Below are positions 1-9,517 of a stretch of DNA of 64,000 bases, piece after piece. Made by a program: the position numbers and the translations under genes. Numbering within the stretch: the stretch's first letter is position 1; each line of letters begins with the position of its first letter. The notes below the pieces were generated by a model. It did not search any database and was not told the origin of the DNA. It worked only from the letters and a program-made list of their open reading frames with translations. This DNA is from Rhodospirillaceae bacterium (GTDB lineage: Bacteria > Pseudomonadota > Alphaproteobacteria > Rhodospirillales > Rhodospirillaceae): assembly GCA_002737725.1 (NCBI GenBank), contig NSIP01000001.1:272921-336920 (forward strand), in the 5' to 3' direction.

Positions 1-789
1 GTTGTCGGTGAAGAGATTGTCGATTTATCCGATGTCGGGCCCTCGCTCAGGGCTGTGCTCGCGACCGGCCCGCTCGACAACCTCAGGGCCGTTGTCGCCA
101 AGCGCAAACCCACCGTCAGGTTGGATCATGTGGTGCTGCACCAGGTTGTGCCCGATGCCACGCGAATTATATGTGTCGGCAAGAACTACCGCGACCATGC
201 GACCGAAATGGGCGGCGAGGTTCCCAAAAACCCCAATCTCTTTATCCGTACAGCTCAATCTTTGGTCGGTCACAAACAGTCTATCGTTTGCCCTGCAGCG
301 TCGCTGCAATTTGATTACGAGGGCGAGCTTGCGGTGATCATCGGTAAAGGTGGGCGCCATATCTCCAAGGACAAAGCGCTTACGCACGTGGCGGGTTATG
401 CCTGCTTTATGGATGGCAGTCTCAGGGATTTCCAAAAGCACTCGTTCACGGCGGGCAAAAATTTTGATTCATCAGGCGCTTGTGGCCCCTGGCTGGTTCC
501 CGCCTCGATGATCCCCAATCCGCAAGTCCTCAAATTGGTGACGCGGGTGAACGGTATTGTGATGCAAAACGCCAGCACGGCAGAGATGATTTACACAGTG
601 CCCGATATCATTGCGTATATTTCTGCTTTCACGCACCTCGAGCCCGGCGATGTGATTGCCACTGGCACGCCTGCCGGGGTTGCTGCGGGTCGCAATCCGC
701 CACCTTGGCTGAAGCCCGGCGACCGTGTCGAGGTCGAGATTGAGGGCATTGGCACTTTGTCCAACACCGTGATTGCCGAAGTCGTCTAA
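1..789 (+). CDS. Fumarylacetoacetate hydrolase (FAH) family protein; 5' end lies outside the window
   Basis: Frame 1 is open from base 1 (VVGEEIVDLSDVGPS...), so the Met at 55 is probably internal. CVGKNYRDHATEMG and EPGDVIATGTPAGV are typical FAH-fold motifs. Confidence 0.85.
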   Translation, partial: VVGEEIVDLSDVGPSLRAVLATGPLDNLRAVVAKRKPTVRLDHVVLHQVVPDATRIICVGKNYRDHATEMGGEVPKNPNLFIRTAQSLVGHKQSIVCPAASLQFDYEGELAVIIGKGGRHISKDKALTHVAGYACFMDGSLRDFQKHSFTAGKNFDSSGACGPWLVPASMIPNPQVLKLVTRVNGIVMQNASTAEMIYTVPDIIAYISAFTHLEPGDVIATGTPAGVAAGRNPPPWLKPGDRVEVEIEGIGTLSNTVIAEVV

Positions 790-807
790 ATCGTTTTCAG
801 TGCGACC

Positions 808-2358
808 ATGCGTCGCCTTTTGAACATCGCTGTCTTTTTGATAGGCCTACTCGCGGTGGGGCATGGTCATGCCACATCTGTGTTGCGTATTGGTATTCCG
901 GCTTTGCCCCTCACGCTTGATCCGCACCTTGCCATTACGCGCGCTGATCATATGCTCGCGCGTGAACTGTTTGTCGGCCTGACCACCTTAGATGCGGAAG
1001 GCAAAATCGTACCGGGTTTGGCGGAAAGCTGGACGGTGAGCCCTGATGGATTGGTCTACACTTTCTTGCTACGCGATAAACTTGTCTGGTCTGATGGTCA
1101 GTCGCTCGATGCTTCGACCATCGTCAAAAGCATTGAGCGCGCACTTGATCCCACGACCATGGCACCGTTTGCGGCACAACTTCTGCTGATTAAGAATGCC
1201 GAGAACTTCCGGCTTGGCATTTTGCCGCCGGGCGAGAAACTTGGGATTGTCGCGCGGGATCGGCGCAAGGTTGAATTTAGCTTATTGGCCCCCTCGCAGC
1301 GATTTTTGCAACTCCTCGCGCAACCCGTTGCGGTCCCCGTTCCTGTTCGTCGTGCCCGAGACCTTGCGCAGGATTGGGCCGCGCCAGAGACCGTCATTGG
1401 CAACGGTGCGTATACCCTGATCTCATCGCCGCAAGGTTACGCGCTGAAAAAGAATCCGAAATTCTTTGCAGCCGACACTGTTGCTATTGAGAGCGTGGGT
1501 TTGTCTGTCTTTGCAGCGTCAGACATGGCCATCGATGCGCTGCGCGACGGGGCCACTGATCTCGCCTTGGGGTTTGCGTCTGCCCCCCGCGTGGGCTCGC
1601 TCTTAAATCAAGAACTGATCGAAGGGGATGGGGTTGATCTCTATCAACTGGCGATCAATGTCAGCCGCGCACCTTTCGACGAACGTGAATTTCGGCACGC
1701 GTTGGGCATGGTCATCGACCGGGCTGAACTGATTAAAACACTAAGCTTGGCCAATGCCGAGCCGGCCTTTAGTGTTGTTTCGGCCCCGCCTTACAAGCCC
1801 CTTCGGGCCCCCTATGCCAGACTCGATCGCGCAGACCGCCGTGTTGTGGCCGAGGCCTTGCTGCTTGATGTCGACATCCCGACTTTGAGGCCCATTCGAT
1901 TTCTCACGCCGCGCAGTGGCTTGCACGAAGCGATCACGAACGCCATCGCGACAACTTGGCGTGAGCTCGGATTTAAGATCGATGTGGTTGCATTAGACGA
2001 ATCAGCGCTTGAATCAGCAATACTCGCTGGCGATTTTGACATCGCAGTCAATGTGGCGTGGCAACAAGCCAACACTGTCGATGCCGCGTTATTCGTTTTT
2101 GGCCAAACCGCAGGCCCTTGGAACACGGCATACTATCGCGAACCCGAATTCGATCAGGTCATGATCAATGCCGATGCTGAACTCGCCCCCGATCTATACG
2201 TCAGCCAACTTCGTCAGGCCGAGGGTGTGTTGATCGAAGATCAGGTCAACTGGCCGGTGTTTTTTTATCCGGCAAATGTCGCAACGGGGATGAAGCTGAA
2301 CGGCTTGATGGCAAATCCCGCCCACATTCATATGCTGCGATACCTCAGTGGGTCCTGA
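808..2358 (+). CDS. ABC transporter substrate-binding protein, family 5 (peptide/nickel/opine type)
   Basis: 516 aa with an N-terminal signal-like segment (LIGLLAVGHGHA). Size and sequence style fit family-5 SBPs. Two permease and two ATPase genes follow directly. Confidence 0.85.
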   Translation: MRRLLNIAVFLIGLLAVGHGHATSVLRIGIPALPLTLDPHLAITRADHMLARELFVGLTTLDAEGKIVPGLAESWTVSPDGLVYTFLLRDKLVWSDGQSLDASTIVKSIERALDPTTMAPFAAQLLLIKNAENFRLGILPPGEKLGIVARDRRKVEFSLLAPSQRFLQLLAQPVAVPVPVRRARDLAQDWAAPETVIGNGAYTLISSPQGYALKKNPKFFAADTVAIESVGLSVFAASDMAIDALRDGATDLALGFASAPRVGSLLNQELIEGDGVDLYQLAINVSRAPFDEREFRHALGMVIDRAELIKTLSLANAEPAFSVVSAPPYKPLRAPYARLDRADRRVVAEALLLDVDIPTLRPIRFLTPRSGLHEAITNAIATTWRELGFKIDVVALDESALESAILAGDFDIAVNVAWQQANTVDAALFVFGQTAGPWNTAYYREPEFDQVMINADAELAPDLYVSQLRQAEGVLIEDQVNWPVFFYPANVATGMKLNGLMANPAHIHMLRYLSGS

Positions 2359-2497
2359 CGTGAGCGCCTCAAATCACGACCCCGACAGGATAGTGTATTA
2401 TATTTATATCAGCAGGCCCTTGGCGCACCATCATCTAATCACTATGGTTTAGGCATCTAAACGCTCAGCAACAGCGATTACATTGGGGGAGGGAAAC

Positions 2498-3433
2498 ATG
2501 CTGTCATTTGTCGCGCGGCGCTTGCTGATCGCTATTCCCACCTTGTGGGCGATCATCACTGTTTGCTTTTTTCTCATGCGCTTGGCGCCTGGTGGGCCGT
2601 TCGATGGCGAAGCGCCGGTGCCGCCTGAAATTCTGGCCAATTTGCGTGCAGCCTATAATCTTGATCAGCCGATCGGGCTGCAATACTTGAACTATATGGC
2701 CGATCTTCTTCGTGGCGATTTTGGCCCCTCGTTCAAGTACAAAGATTTCACCGTCAACGAACTCATTGCGCAAGGCTTTGTGGTTTCGGCGCAGAATGGT
2801 CTGTCGGCCATTATTCTCGCCATCATCATCGGCATCCCCTTTGGCATTTTGGCCGCGCTTCGCCAAAACTCGGTCGTCGATTACACGGTTAGCGGTCTAT
2901 CCATGACGGGCATCGTCGTGCCGGGTTTTGTGATGGCGCCTATTCTTATCCTAATTTTTGCGATTGGATTAAAAGACACACCGTTTCAGTTGCCCGCAGG
3001 AACCTGGGAGGGCGGTGCCTTGAAACACCGCATCTTGCCGGTGTTCTGTTTGTCGCTGATTTATATTGCCTATCTTGCGCGCATTACCCGTGCCAGCATG
3101 ATCGAGGCCTTGCGCCAAAATTATGTACTAACGGCGCGCGCTAAAGGCTTGCCCTTCCGCCAAGTTGTCATGCGTCATGCTTTGAAGACGGCGATGATGC
3201 CTGTCGTCACCTTCCTGGGGCCGGGCATCGCCTTTCTGCTGACGGGCTCCATGGTTTTCGAGACGATTTTTCAGTTACCAGGGATTGGGCGCTATTTCGT
3301 GCAAGGGGCTTTGAACCGCGATTACACGCTGGTGATGGGCGTCACCATTCTTAGCGCCTCGTTGATTATTCTTATGAATATTGTTGTCGATGTGGTTTAC
3401 GGCCTGTTGGACCCGCGTGTGCGTTATGAGTGA
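2498..3433 (+). CDS. ABC transporter permease (DppB/OppB-like)
   Basis: Start placed at ATG 2498, behind the GGGGGAGGG Shine-Dalgarno; the track ORF starts at TTG 2483. The N-terminus MLSFVARRLLIAIPTLW, the PGGPF motif and multiple hydrophobic spans are typical. Confidence 0.9.
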   Translation: MLSFVARRLLIAIPTLWAIITVCFFLMRLAPGGPFDGEAPVPPEILANLRAAYNLDQPIGLQYLNYMADLLRGDFGPSFKYKDFTVNELIAQGFVVSAQNGLSAIILAIIIGIPFGILAALRQNSVVDYTVSGLSMTGIVVPGFVMAPILILIFAIGLKDTPFQLPAGTWEGGALKHRILPVFCLSLIYIAYLARITRASMIEALRQNYVLTARAKGLPFRQVVMRHALKTAMMPVVTFLGPGIAFLLTGSMVFETIFQLPGIGRYFVQGALNRDYTLVMGVTILSASLIILMNIVVDVVYGLLDPRVRYE

Positions 3434-3442
3434 GCAGTTGCC

Positions 3443-4357
3443 ATGACCAGCAGCACCAACCTCACATCACCGCATGGCGCGGCTTTGGCTGCGACTGAGG
3501 ATATCCAGGGCCGTAGCCTGTGGCAGGATGCGCTGCGCAGATTGCTCGCCAACCGCGCCGCCCTAGCCAGTCTCGTGGTGCTGGTGGTGATCGCGCTGGC
3601 GTGTTTCATTTTGCCGTCGTTCTTGCCGTGGACCTATGAGCAAATCGATTGGGATCGGATGGAGGCCAACCCACCCAGCATCGAAACTGGTCATTATCTC
3701 GGCACCGATACTTTGGGGCGCGACTTGTTGGCGCGCGTTCTGTTCGGCGGCCAGGTTTCGATGACGGTGGGTATTTTGGCCACGTTTGTGGCGCTGCTGA
3801 TTGGTGTCAGCGTCGGGGCTGTGGCGGGGTTTCTGGGCGGGCGTGTTGATCAACTGCTCATGCGCTTTGTCGACCTGATGTACACGATTCCGCTGACTTT
3901 CTTTGTTATCATTCTCATGGTTTTATTTGGGCGTAATTTCATTCTGATGTTTCTGGCCATCGGGTGCATCGAATGGCTGACCATGGCGCGAATCGTGCGC
4001 GGCCAAACGCTCACGTTGAAAAACAAAGAATTCATCGAAGCCGCACGCGCCTCGGGCGGCTCGACATTGTCGATCATCGCGCGCCACATTGTGCCCAATG
4101 TTCTGGGCGTGGTGATTGTTTACGTCACACTCACCATTCCGCAAGTGATCTTGATCGAAAGTTTCTTAAGCTTTTTGGGTCTTGGCATCCAAGAGCCCAT
4201 GACCAGCTGGGGCATGCTGATCAGCGAGGGTGCGGCAGAAATGGAAACCACGCCGCGCGCGCTGTTGGTTCCAGCACTGCTCATGACGACGACTTTGTTT
4301 TGTTTCAACTTCCTGGGTGACGGCCTGCGCGATGCACTTGACCCGAAAGACCGTTAG
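3443..4357 (+). CDS. ABC transporter permease (DppC/OppC-like)
   Basis: 304 aa, multi-TM, with an ABC permease EAA-like loop (EFIEAARASGGS) and operon position after the B-type permease. Confidence 0.9.
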   Translation: MTSSTNLTSPHGAALAATEDIQGRSLWQDALRRLLANRAALASLVVLVVIALACFILPSFLPWTYEQIDWDRMEANPPSIETGHYLGTDTLGRDLLARVLFGGQVSMTVGILATFVALLIGVSVGAVAGFLGGRVDQLLMRFVDLMYTIPLTFFVIILMVLFGRNFILMFLAIGCIEWLTMARIVRGQTLTLKNKEFIEAARASGGSTLSIIARHIVPNVLGVVIVYVTLTIPQVILIESFLSFLGLGIQEPMTSWGMLISEGAAEMETTPRALLVPALLMTTTLFCFNFLGDGLRDALDPKDR

Positions 4358-4363
4358 CTCCAG

Positions 4364-5332
4364 ATGTCCATTCTCGATATTCGCAATTTGAATGTTCGCT
4401 TTGCCACTCAAGATGGCGAGGTCTCGGCCGTCAATGATGTGTCGTTGTCGCTGGAGAGGGGTGAATGTTTAGGTATTGTGGGCGAATCGGGATCTGGTAA
4501 AAGCCAAACCTTCATGGCGGGCATGGGCCTGCTCGCAGCCAACGGTCGGCCCACCGGCAAAGTTTTGTTTGACGGCAAAAATCTCATCGGGGCTGACGAA
4601 GACACCTTTAATGCAGTGCGCGGCGACCGCATGAGCATGATTTTCCAAGACCCCATGACCTCGCTGACACCGCACATGAGGGTTGGCCGTCAATTGGGCG
4701 AAGTACTGATCCGTCATCGTGGGGTCAGTGAGGCCGAGGCGCGCGCGCAATCCTTGACCATGCTCAAGCGTGTGCAGATCCCCGAGGCCGAACGGCGTTT
4801 GGATATGTACCCCCACGAACTTTCGGGCGGATTGCGCCAGCGGGTGATGATTGCCATGGCGTTGATGTGCAGCCCAGAACTAATCATCGCTGACGAGCCT
4901 ACAACGGCGTTGGATGTCACCGTCCAGGCGCAAATTCTCGATATTCTGCGTGATGTGAAGGAGCGCCTGAATACTGCAGTCATTCTCATCACCCACGATT
5001 TGGGTGTGATCGCAGGCTTGGCCGACCGTGTTGCTGTCATGTACGCCGGGCGCATTGTCGAGGTGGGCGACGTACGCAGCATCTTTGCCGACCCTCGCCA
5101 TCCCTATACGCGCGGGCTGCTGGCCTGCACGCCGCGCCTAGACGAGGCGGGCGCAGGGCTGATGACAACCATTTCAGGCCAACCGCCCAATCTACAACGG
5201 CTGCCCAGCGGGTGCTCGTTTCACCCAAGGTGCGCGCATGTCACTGATCGCTGCAAGACCGAACGGCCCTTGTTGGAGGTGGTCGGGCCAAGCCGCGCCA
5301 AGGCCTGTTTTGTCGACGTGAAAGCCGCGTGA
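4364..5332 (+). CDS. ABC transporter ATP-binding protein (DppD/OppD-like)
   Basis: Walker A GESGSGKS, signature LSGGLRQR, Walker B IIADEPTTALD, and a Cys-containing oligopeptide-type C-terminal extension. Confidence 0.93.
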   Translation: MSILDIRNLNVRFATQDGEVSAVNDVSLSLERGECLGIVGESGSGKSQTFMAGMGLLAANGRPTGKVLFDGKNLIGADEDTFNAVRGDRMSMIFQDPMTSLTPHMRVGRQLGEVLIRHRGVSEAEARAQSLTMLKRVQIPEAERRLDMYPHELSGGLRQRVMIAMALMCSPELIIADEPTTALDVTVQAQILDILRDVKERLNTAVILITHDLGVIAGLADRVAVMYAGRIVEVGDVRSIFADPRHPYTRGLLACTPRLDEAGAGLMTTISGQPPNLQRLPSGCSFHPRCAHVTDRCKTERPLLEVVGPSRAKACFVDVKAA

Positions 5333-6318
5333 TGGCCCAGTCCTTATTACAAGTCCGCGATTTGAAAGTGTATTTTCCTGTGCGTACCGGTGGCGTGCTG
5401 TTTGGCGAGTACACCGCACTCAAGGCTGTCGATGGCATTAGCTTCGATCTGAAATCAGGCGAAACACTCGGTGTTGTCGGGGAATCGGGTTGCGGCAAGT
5501 CAACGCTGGGGCGCGCGGTGTTGCAGCTCGTGCCGGTCACTGCCGGCGCAGTGTCGTGGTTGGGCAGTGACCTGACGCAACAGGACAAAGCTGAAATCAA
5601 AAAATGCCGCCAAGAGTTGCAGATCGTTTTTCAAGACCCGCTCGCCAGTCTCGATCCGCGCATGACGGCTGGCGATATCATCGCCGAGCCATTGCGCAAT
5701 TACTTCCCTCAAATGTCGTCTGATGAACGCAAAGCCAAGGTGCAAGACATCATGGCCAAGGTTGGGTTGTTGCCCGCCATGGTCAACCGCTATCCGCACG
5801 AATTTTCAGGCGGGCAATGCCAGCGCATCGGCATTGCGCGCGCCATGATTCTGCGGCCCAAGCTGATTGTGTGCGACGAACCGGTGTCGGCTTTGGATGT
5901 TTCGATTCGCGCGCAAGTCATCAACCTGCTGATGGATTTGCAAAAAACGTTCAACTTGTCGCTGATCTTTATCAGCCACGATCTTGCCGTCGTGCGCCAT
6001 ATCAGCCATCGCGTTATGGTGATGTATCTCGGTAGAGTGATGGAACTGGCGGAACGTGAGTCTTTGTATCGCACGCCGCGTCACCCCTATACCCAGGCTT
6101 TATTGGCGGCTGTGCCAATCCCCGACCCCGATAAAGAGCGCGCAAAAAAGCGGCTGATTCTGACGGGCGATCCGCCGTCGCCGCTGAGCCCGCCATCGGG
6201 TTGTGTTTTTCGCACACGCTGTGGCAAGGCCGATGATACATGTACGAGCGCAACGCCGGTGCTTGATGCGGCATCCAGTGGCCACGAGGTTGCCTGCCAT
6301 CATTGGCGCAACATTTAA
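5329..6318 (+). CDS. ABC transporter ATP-binding protein (DppF/OppF-like)
   Basis: Walker A GESGCGKST, signature FSGGQCQR, Walker B LIVCDEPVSALD. It overlaps the upstream stop by 4 nt. Confidence 0.93.
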   Translation: MMAQSLLQVRDLKVYFPVRTGGVLFGEYTALKAVDGISFDLKSGETLGVVGESGCGKSTLGRAVLQLVPVTAGAVSWLGSDLTQQDKAEIKKCRQELQIVFQDPLASLDPRMTAGDIIAEPLRNYFPQMSSDERKAKVQDIMAKVGLLPAMVNRYPHEFSGGQCQRIGIARAMILRPKLIVCDEPVSALDVSIRAQVINLLMDLQKTFNLSLIFISHDLAVVRHISHRVMVMYLGRVMELAERESLYRTPRHPYTQALLAAVPIPDPDKERAKKRLILTGDPPSPLSPPSGCVFRTRCGKADDTCTSATPVLDAASSGHEVACHHWRNI

Positions 6319-6340
6319 AAACCTAACATCAGGAATCGCG

Positions 6341-6694
6341 ATGTCGGCTGATCCAACTCTTTTTTATGATTGCCACGTGTTCTGCTGTACCAATGTCCGC
6401 CCGGAAAATCATCCGCGCGGCAGTTGCGCGCGAAAAAACTCCGTCGAATTGCGCGACTATATGAAGAACAAGGCCAAGGCGTTGGGCTTGAAAGGTGTAC
6501 GCATCAACACCGCCGGGTGCCTTGATCGCTGCGAACTCGGTCCAACCATGGTGATTTACCCGGGCGGCATTTGGTATCGCTATACAAGCCAAGCCGACGT
6601 CGATGAAATTTTGGATGTTTATGTGAAGCAGGGTGGTTGGGTTGAACGGCTGATGCTGAAACCCGAAGACGGCCCGGCCAAGAGGGCCGAATAA
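6341..6694 (+). CDS. Thioredoxin-like (2Fe-2S) ferredoxin domain protein
   Basis: Start moved to ATG 6341 (MSADPTLFYDCHVFCC...) because the longer track ORF overlaps the upstream ATPase gene. The Cys pattern CHVFCC ... GSCA ... CLDRCELGP fits this family. Confidence 0.7.
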   Translation: MSADPTLFYDCHVFCCTNVRPENHPRGSCARKNSVELRDYMKNKAKALGLKGVRINTAGCLDRCELGPTMVIYPGGIWYRYTSQADVDEILDVYVKQGGWVERLMLKPEDGPAKRAE

Positions 6695-6697
6695 AAT

Positions 6698-6748
6698 CCG
6701 AGCATCCCCCCGACAAGTGGGGACCGGTTGGCGTGGGAAATGCGACCA
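6698..6748 (+). repeat. Intergenic repeat, family 1 (divergent copy)
   Basis: CCGAGCATCCCCCCGACAAGTGGGGACCGGTTGGCGTGGGAAATGCGACCAAT begins 3 nt after the ferredoxin stop. It aligns with the copies at 23909, 54244 and 48357. Confidence 0.6.
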
Positions 6749-6749
6749 A

Positions 6750-7967
6750 TTAAAGAATCTTCGCAGCCTCGCGAGCCATATTAATCAGCGCTGAGTTCAT
6801 CAGAAACGCTTTGTGACGCAACGGGTCGTCAGCTGTGCGGCGCAATTCCTCGAAGCGCAGATTTGCCGCCATCTTATCCTTGGCCTGGAGCGTCTCTTTG
6901 TTCTGAATTGACTGAGCCTGTACGTACTTCTGTGCCAGCGGCCTTCGCTGGCGATCATATAAGTCGAACACATCGTCTTGGGCCTCGCCCCGCCAAACCG
7001 CCGTTAATTTTTGCGCGAGATTCAGCCCATCGGCGATGCCCGAATTCATACCCATGCCGCCTAAGGGGTTGTTGATGTGCGCGGCATCTCCCGCCAGCAT
7101 CACGCGACCTTTACGGAACGCCACCGCCACGCGCTGATGCACGCTGTAGAGGTTGCGGTGAATAATCGCGGTGTCGCGCGCATAAGGAAAACAATAGTCA
7201 TAACGCGCCCGAATCCATTCGTCTGACGTCGCCTCGCTCTCGGGCGCATCGCCGATCACCGGGAATAAATTCCGCCACATGCCTTTGCCGTCGGGGCCAG
7301 GAATTTTGAACACCGAGCACCACTGTTCGGGGTCGGCAATGTAGTTGCGATAGCGGTAGTCGTCGGCTTTTTCGAAATCAAACAATGTCGCGACAATGAT
7401 AAACCGCTCTTCCCAGGTGAAGCCGGGAAAGTCGATGTCTTGGGATTTTCGCACAAAGCTGCGCCCGCCATCACACCCCACCACATAGCGCGCCGTCCAA
7501 TTTTGTTTTCCCCCATCGGGGGTTTCGGTCACAACGCGCACATGGTCGGCACCATTCTCAACCTCCACAACCCGATATTCGCGGTGAAGCGTGAAGTCGG
7601 GGTATGCCCGCAGCATGTCTTGCGCAATGGCGACGGTTTTGTGTTGCTCCAGTTGCACAGCGTAAGGGTGGTTGGTTTCGCCCGCCAATCGCGCGAAATC
7701 AAATTCAGCAAAGACCTCGTTGGTCTCGCGGTAGCGGTATTGAAAATATTGCGCCCTCAACCCTTGGGCCAGAATGGTGGGCGTCATGCCAACGCCGTCC
7801 AACAGATCGAGCGTTGATGAATGTGTGGTGGCAGCGCGATGCGCGGTAGGCGTTTCCTTCTCGGCATCGAACTGGATGACCGGAATGCCCGCTTGCGATA
7901 ACGCCAGGGCGGTAATACTGCCCACGGGCCCTGCGCCCGCGATGATGATGCAATCTCGTTCAGACAT
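6750..7967 (-). CDS. FAD-dependent monooxygenase (aromatic-ring hydroxylase type)
   Basis: N-terminal dinucleotide fold IIIAGAGPVGSITALAL, a DG motif (CDGGRS), and the C-terminal GRVMLAGDAAHINNPLGGMGMNSG motif. Confidence 0.88.
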   Translation of the reverse strand: MSERDCIIIAGAGPVGSITALALSQAGIPVIQFDAEKETPTAHRAATTHSSTLDLLDGVGMTPTILAQGLRAQYFQYRYRETNEVFAEFDFARLAGETNHPYAVQLEQHKTVAIAQDMLRAYPDFTLHREYRVVEVENGADHVRVVTETPDGGKQNWTARYVVGCDGGRSFVRKSQDIDFPGFTWEERFIIVATLFDFEKADDYRYRNYIADPEQWCSVFKIPGPDGKGMWRNLFPVIGDAPESEATSDEWIRARYDYCFPYARDTAIIHRNLYSVHQRVAVAFRKGRVMLAGDAAHINNPLGGMGMNSGIADGLNLAQKLTAVWRGEAQDDVFDLYDRQRRPLAQKYVQAQSIQNKETLQAKDKMAANLRFEELRRTADDPLRHKAFLMNSALINMAREAAKIL

Positions 7968-7970
7968 CAG

Positions 7971-9422
7971 TTACAACATAATATGAACAGATTTCGCCTG
8001 AGTATAGCTCAGCAACTCATCTAGCGATTCTTCGCCGCCAAAGCCAGAATTTTTAACGCCCCCAAAGGGTAGCCCAACGAAATGCATGCCCGAGCCATTG
8101 ATCGTCACCACGCCCGATTCAATGCGCTTGGCGGTCGTGAGCGCTTGGGTGATGTCATGGGTGAAAATACCCGTGGTTAGGCCGTAGTCCGTGCTGTTCG
8201 CGATGCTGATGGCTTCATCCACCGTGGCCCACTTGGCAATCGTCATCACAGGCCCGAACACTTCTTCACGCGCGATGGTCATATGCGGGGTCACATCGGC
8301 AAACACCGTGGGCTCGATCCAATAGCCGCGCTTGAACATCTCGCCCTTGGGCCGCCCGCCGCCCAAAATCAGTTTTGCTCCTTCGCTTTTGCCCGCCTCG
8401 ATCAAGGCCATTATGCGTTTGTAATGCCCGATGGAATTGACAGGCCCCATGTCTGACGCTGGGTCCAGTGGGTCGCCGAGCTTTAAAGCTGCCACCTTGG
8501 CCTGCGTCAGCTCGATGGCGCGGGCATACAGTGACTCGTGAACCAACAATCGGCTGGTGGACCCGCAACTCTGCCCGGCCCACGAGAAGTTCATACCCGC
8601 CACGGCCGCATCAACAGCTTTGTGGATGTCCGCGTCGGGGAATACGATCAGCGGGTTTTTCCCACCCAGTTCCAAAGTCACGTGTTTGACAGAGGTTTCT
8701 GCCGCTGCGCGTTGAATGGCCAGGCCCGTGGCGACCGAGCCGGTAAATCCGATGCGGCGAATTTTGGCGTGGCGAACCAACGCATCGCCCACGGGTAATC
8801 CATAACCCGAGACAATATTCACCACGCCTGCGGGCAAAATTTCTTGGCAGACCTCACCCAATAGATGTCCCGACAAAGGGCTGGTCTCGGGGGTTTTGAT
8901 CACCACCGTATTCCCGGCCATCAACGGTGCGGCCAAGTGCGCGCCTGCGAACATAAACGGATGGTTGAACGGCACAATCCGCGCCACCACACCGTAGGGC
9001 TCACGCAAGGTGAAGTGCAGTCCCGTGGCCGAGGCTGGCACCGTGTCGCCCTTCATTTCAGTCCCTAGGCCCGCAAAGTATTCCAAGTATCCAGCCGCGA
9101 TTTCCACATCGGCGCGCAACTTCGCAATGGTGTTGCCGGTATCGGTGGCTTCCATGGTTAAAATCTCTTGGGCTCGCACGCGAAACCCCGCGGCGACTTT
9201 GCGCAGCAAGGCGCCGCGCTCCCAAATCGATTTCTGTTTCCACCCGCTTTGCGCGCGCTCAGCGGCATCGACCGCGCGATTGACGTCATCTTTGGTGCCC
9301 GCAGGCACACGGCCAATCTCGGCCTCGGTGGCGGGGTTAAGCGATGTAATCCAGGCATTGTCGCTGGCAACGGCAAAGGCGCCGTCAATCAGCATGGGCC
9401 GATCGCAAAATTGGTGAGTCAT
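7971..9422 (-). CDS. NAD(P)-dependent aldehyde dehydrogenase
   Basis: 483 aa with the ELGGKNP and FSWAGQSCGSTSR (catalytic Cys) motifs and a C-terminal GVKNSGFGGE. Confidence 0.93.
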   Translation of the reverse strand: MTHQFCDRPMLIDGAFAVASDNAWITSLNPATEAEIGRVPAGTKDDVNRAVDAAERAQSGWKQKSIWERGALLRKVAAGFRVRAQEILTMEATDTGNTIAKLRADVEIAAGYLEYFAGLGTEMKGDTVPASATGLHFTLREPYGVVARIVPFNHPFMFAGAHLAAPLMAGNTVVIKTPETSPLSGHLLGEVCQEILPAGVVNIVSGYGLPVGDALVRHAKIRRIGFTGSVATGLAIQRAAAETSVKHVTLELGGKNPLIVFPDADIHKAVDAAVAGMNFSWAGQSCGSTSRLLVHESLYARAIELTQAKVAALKLGDPLDPASDMGPVNSIGHYKRIMALIEAGKSEGAKLILGGGRPKGEMFKRGYWIEPTVFADVTPHMTIAREEVFGPVMTIAKWATVDEAISIANSTDYGLTTGIFTHDITQALTTAKRIESGVVTINGSGMHFVGLPFGGVKNSGFGGEESLDELLSYTQAKSVHIML

Positions 9423-9517
9423 GGGTAGCGCTTTCTGGTTTTATGCGCCGCCGACCATATTTGTTCAGGTCGGGCCGCCAACACCGCGTTTTATCGCGTC
9501 CACATGGCGGAGCCGTG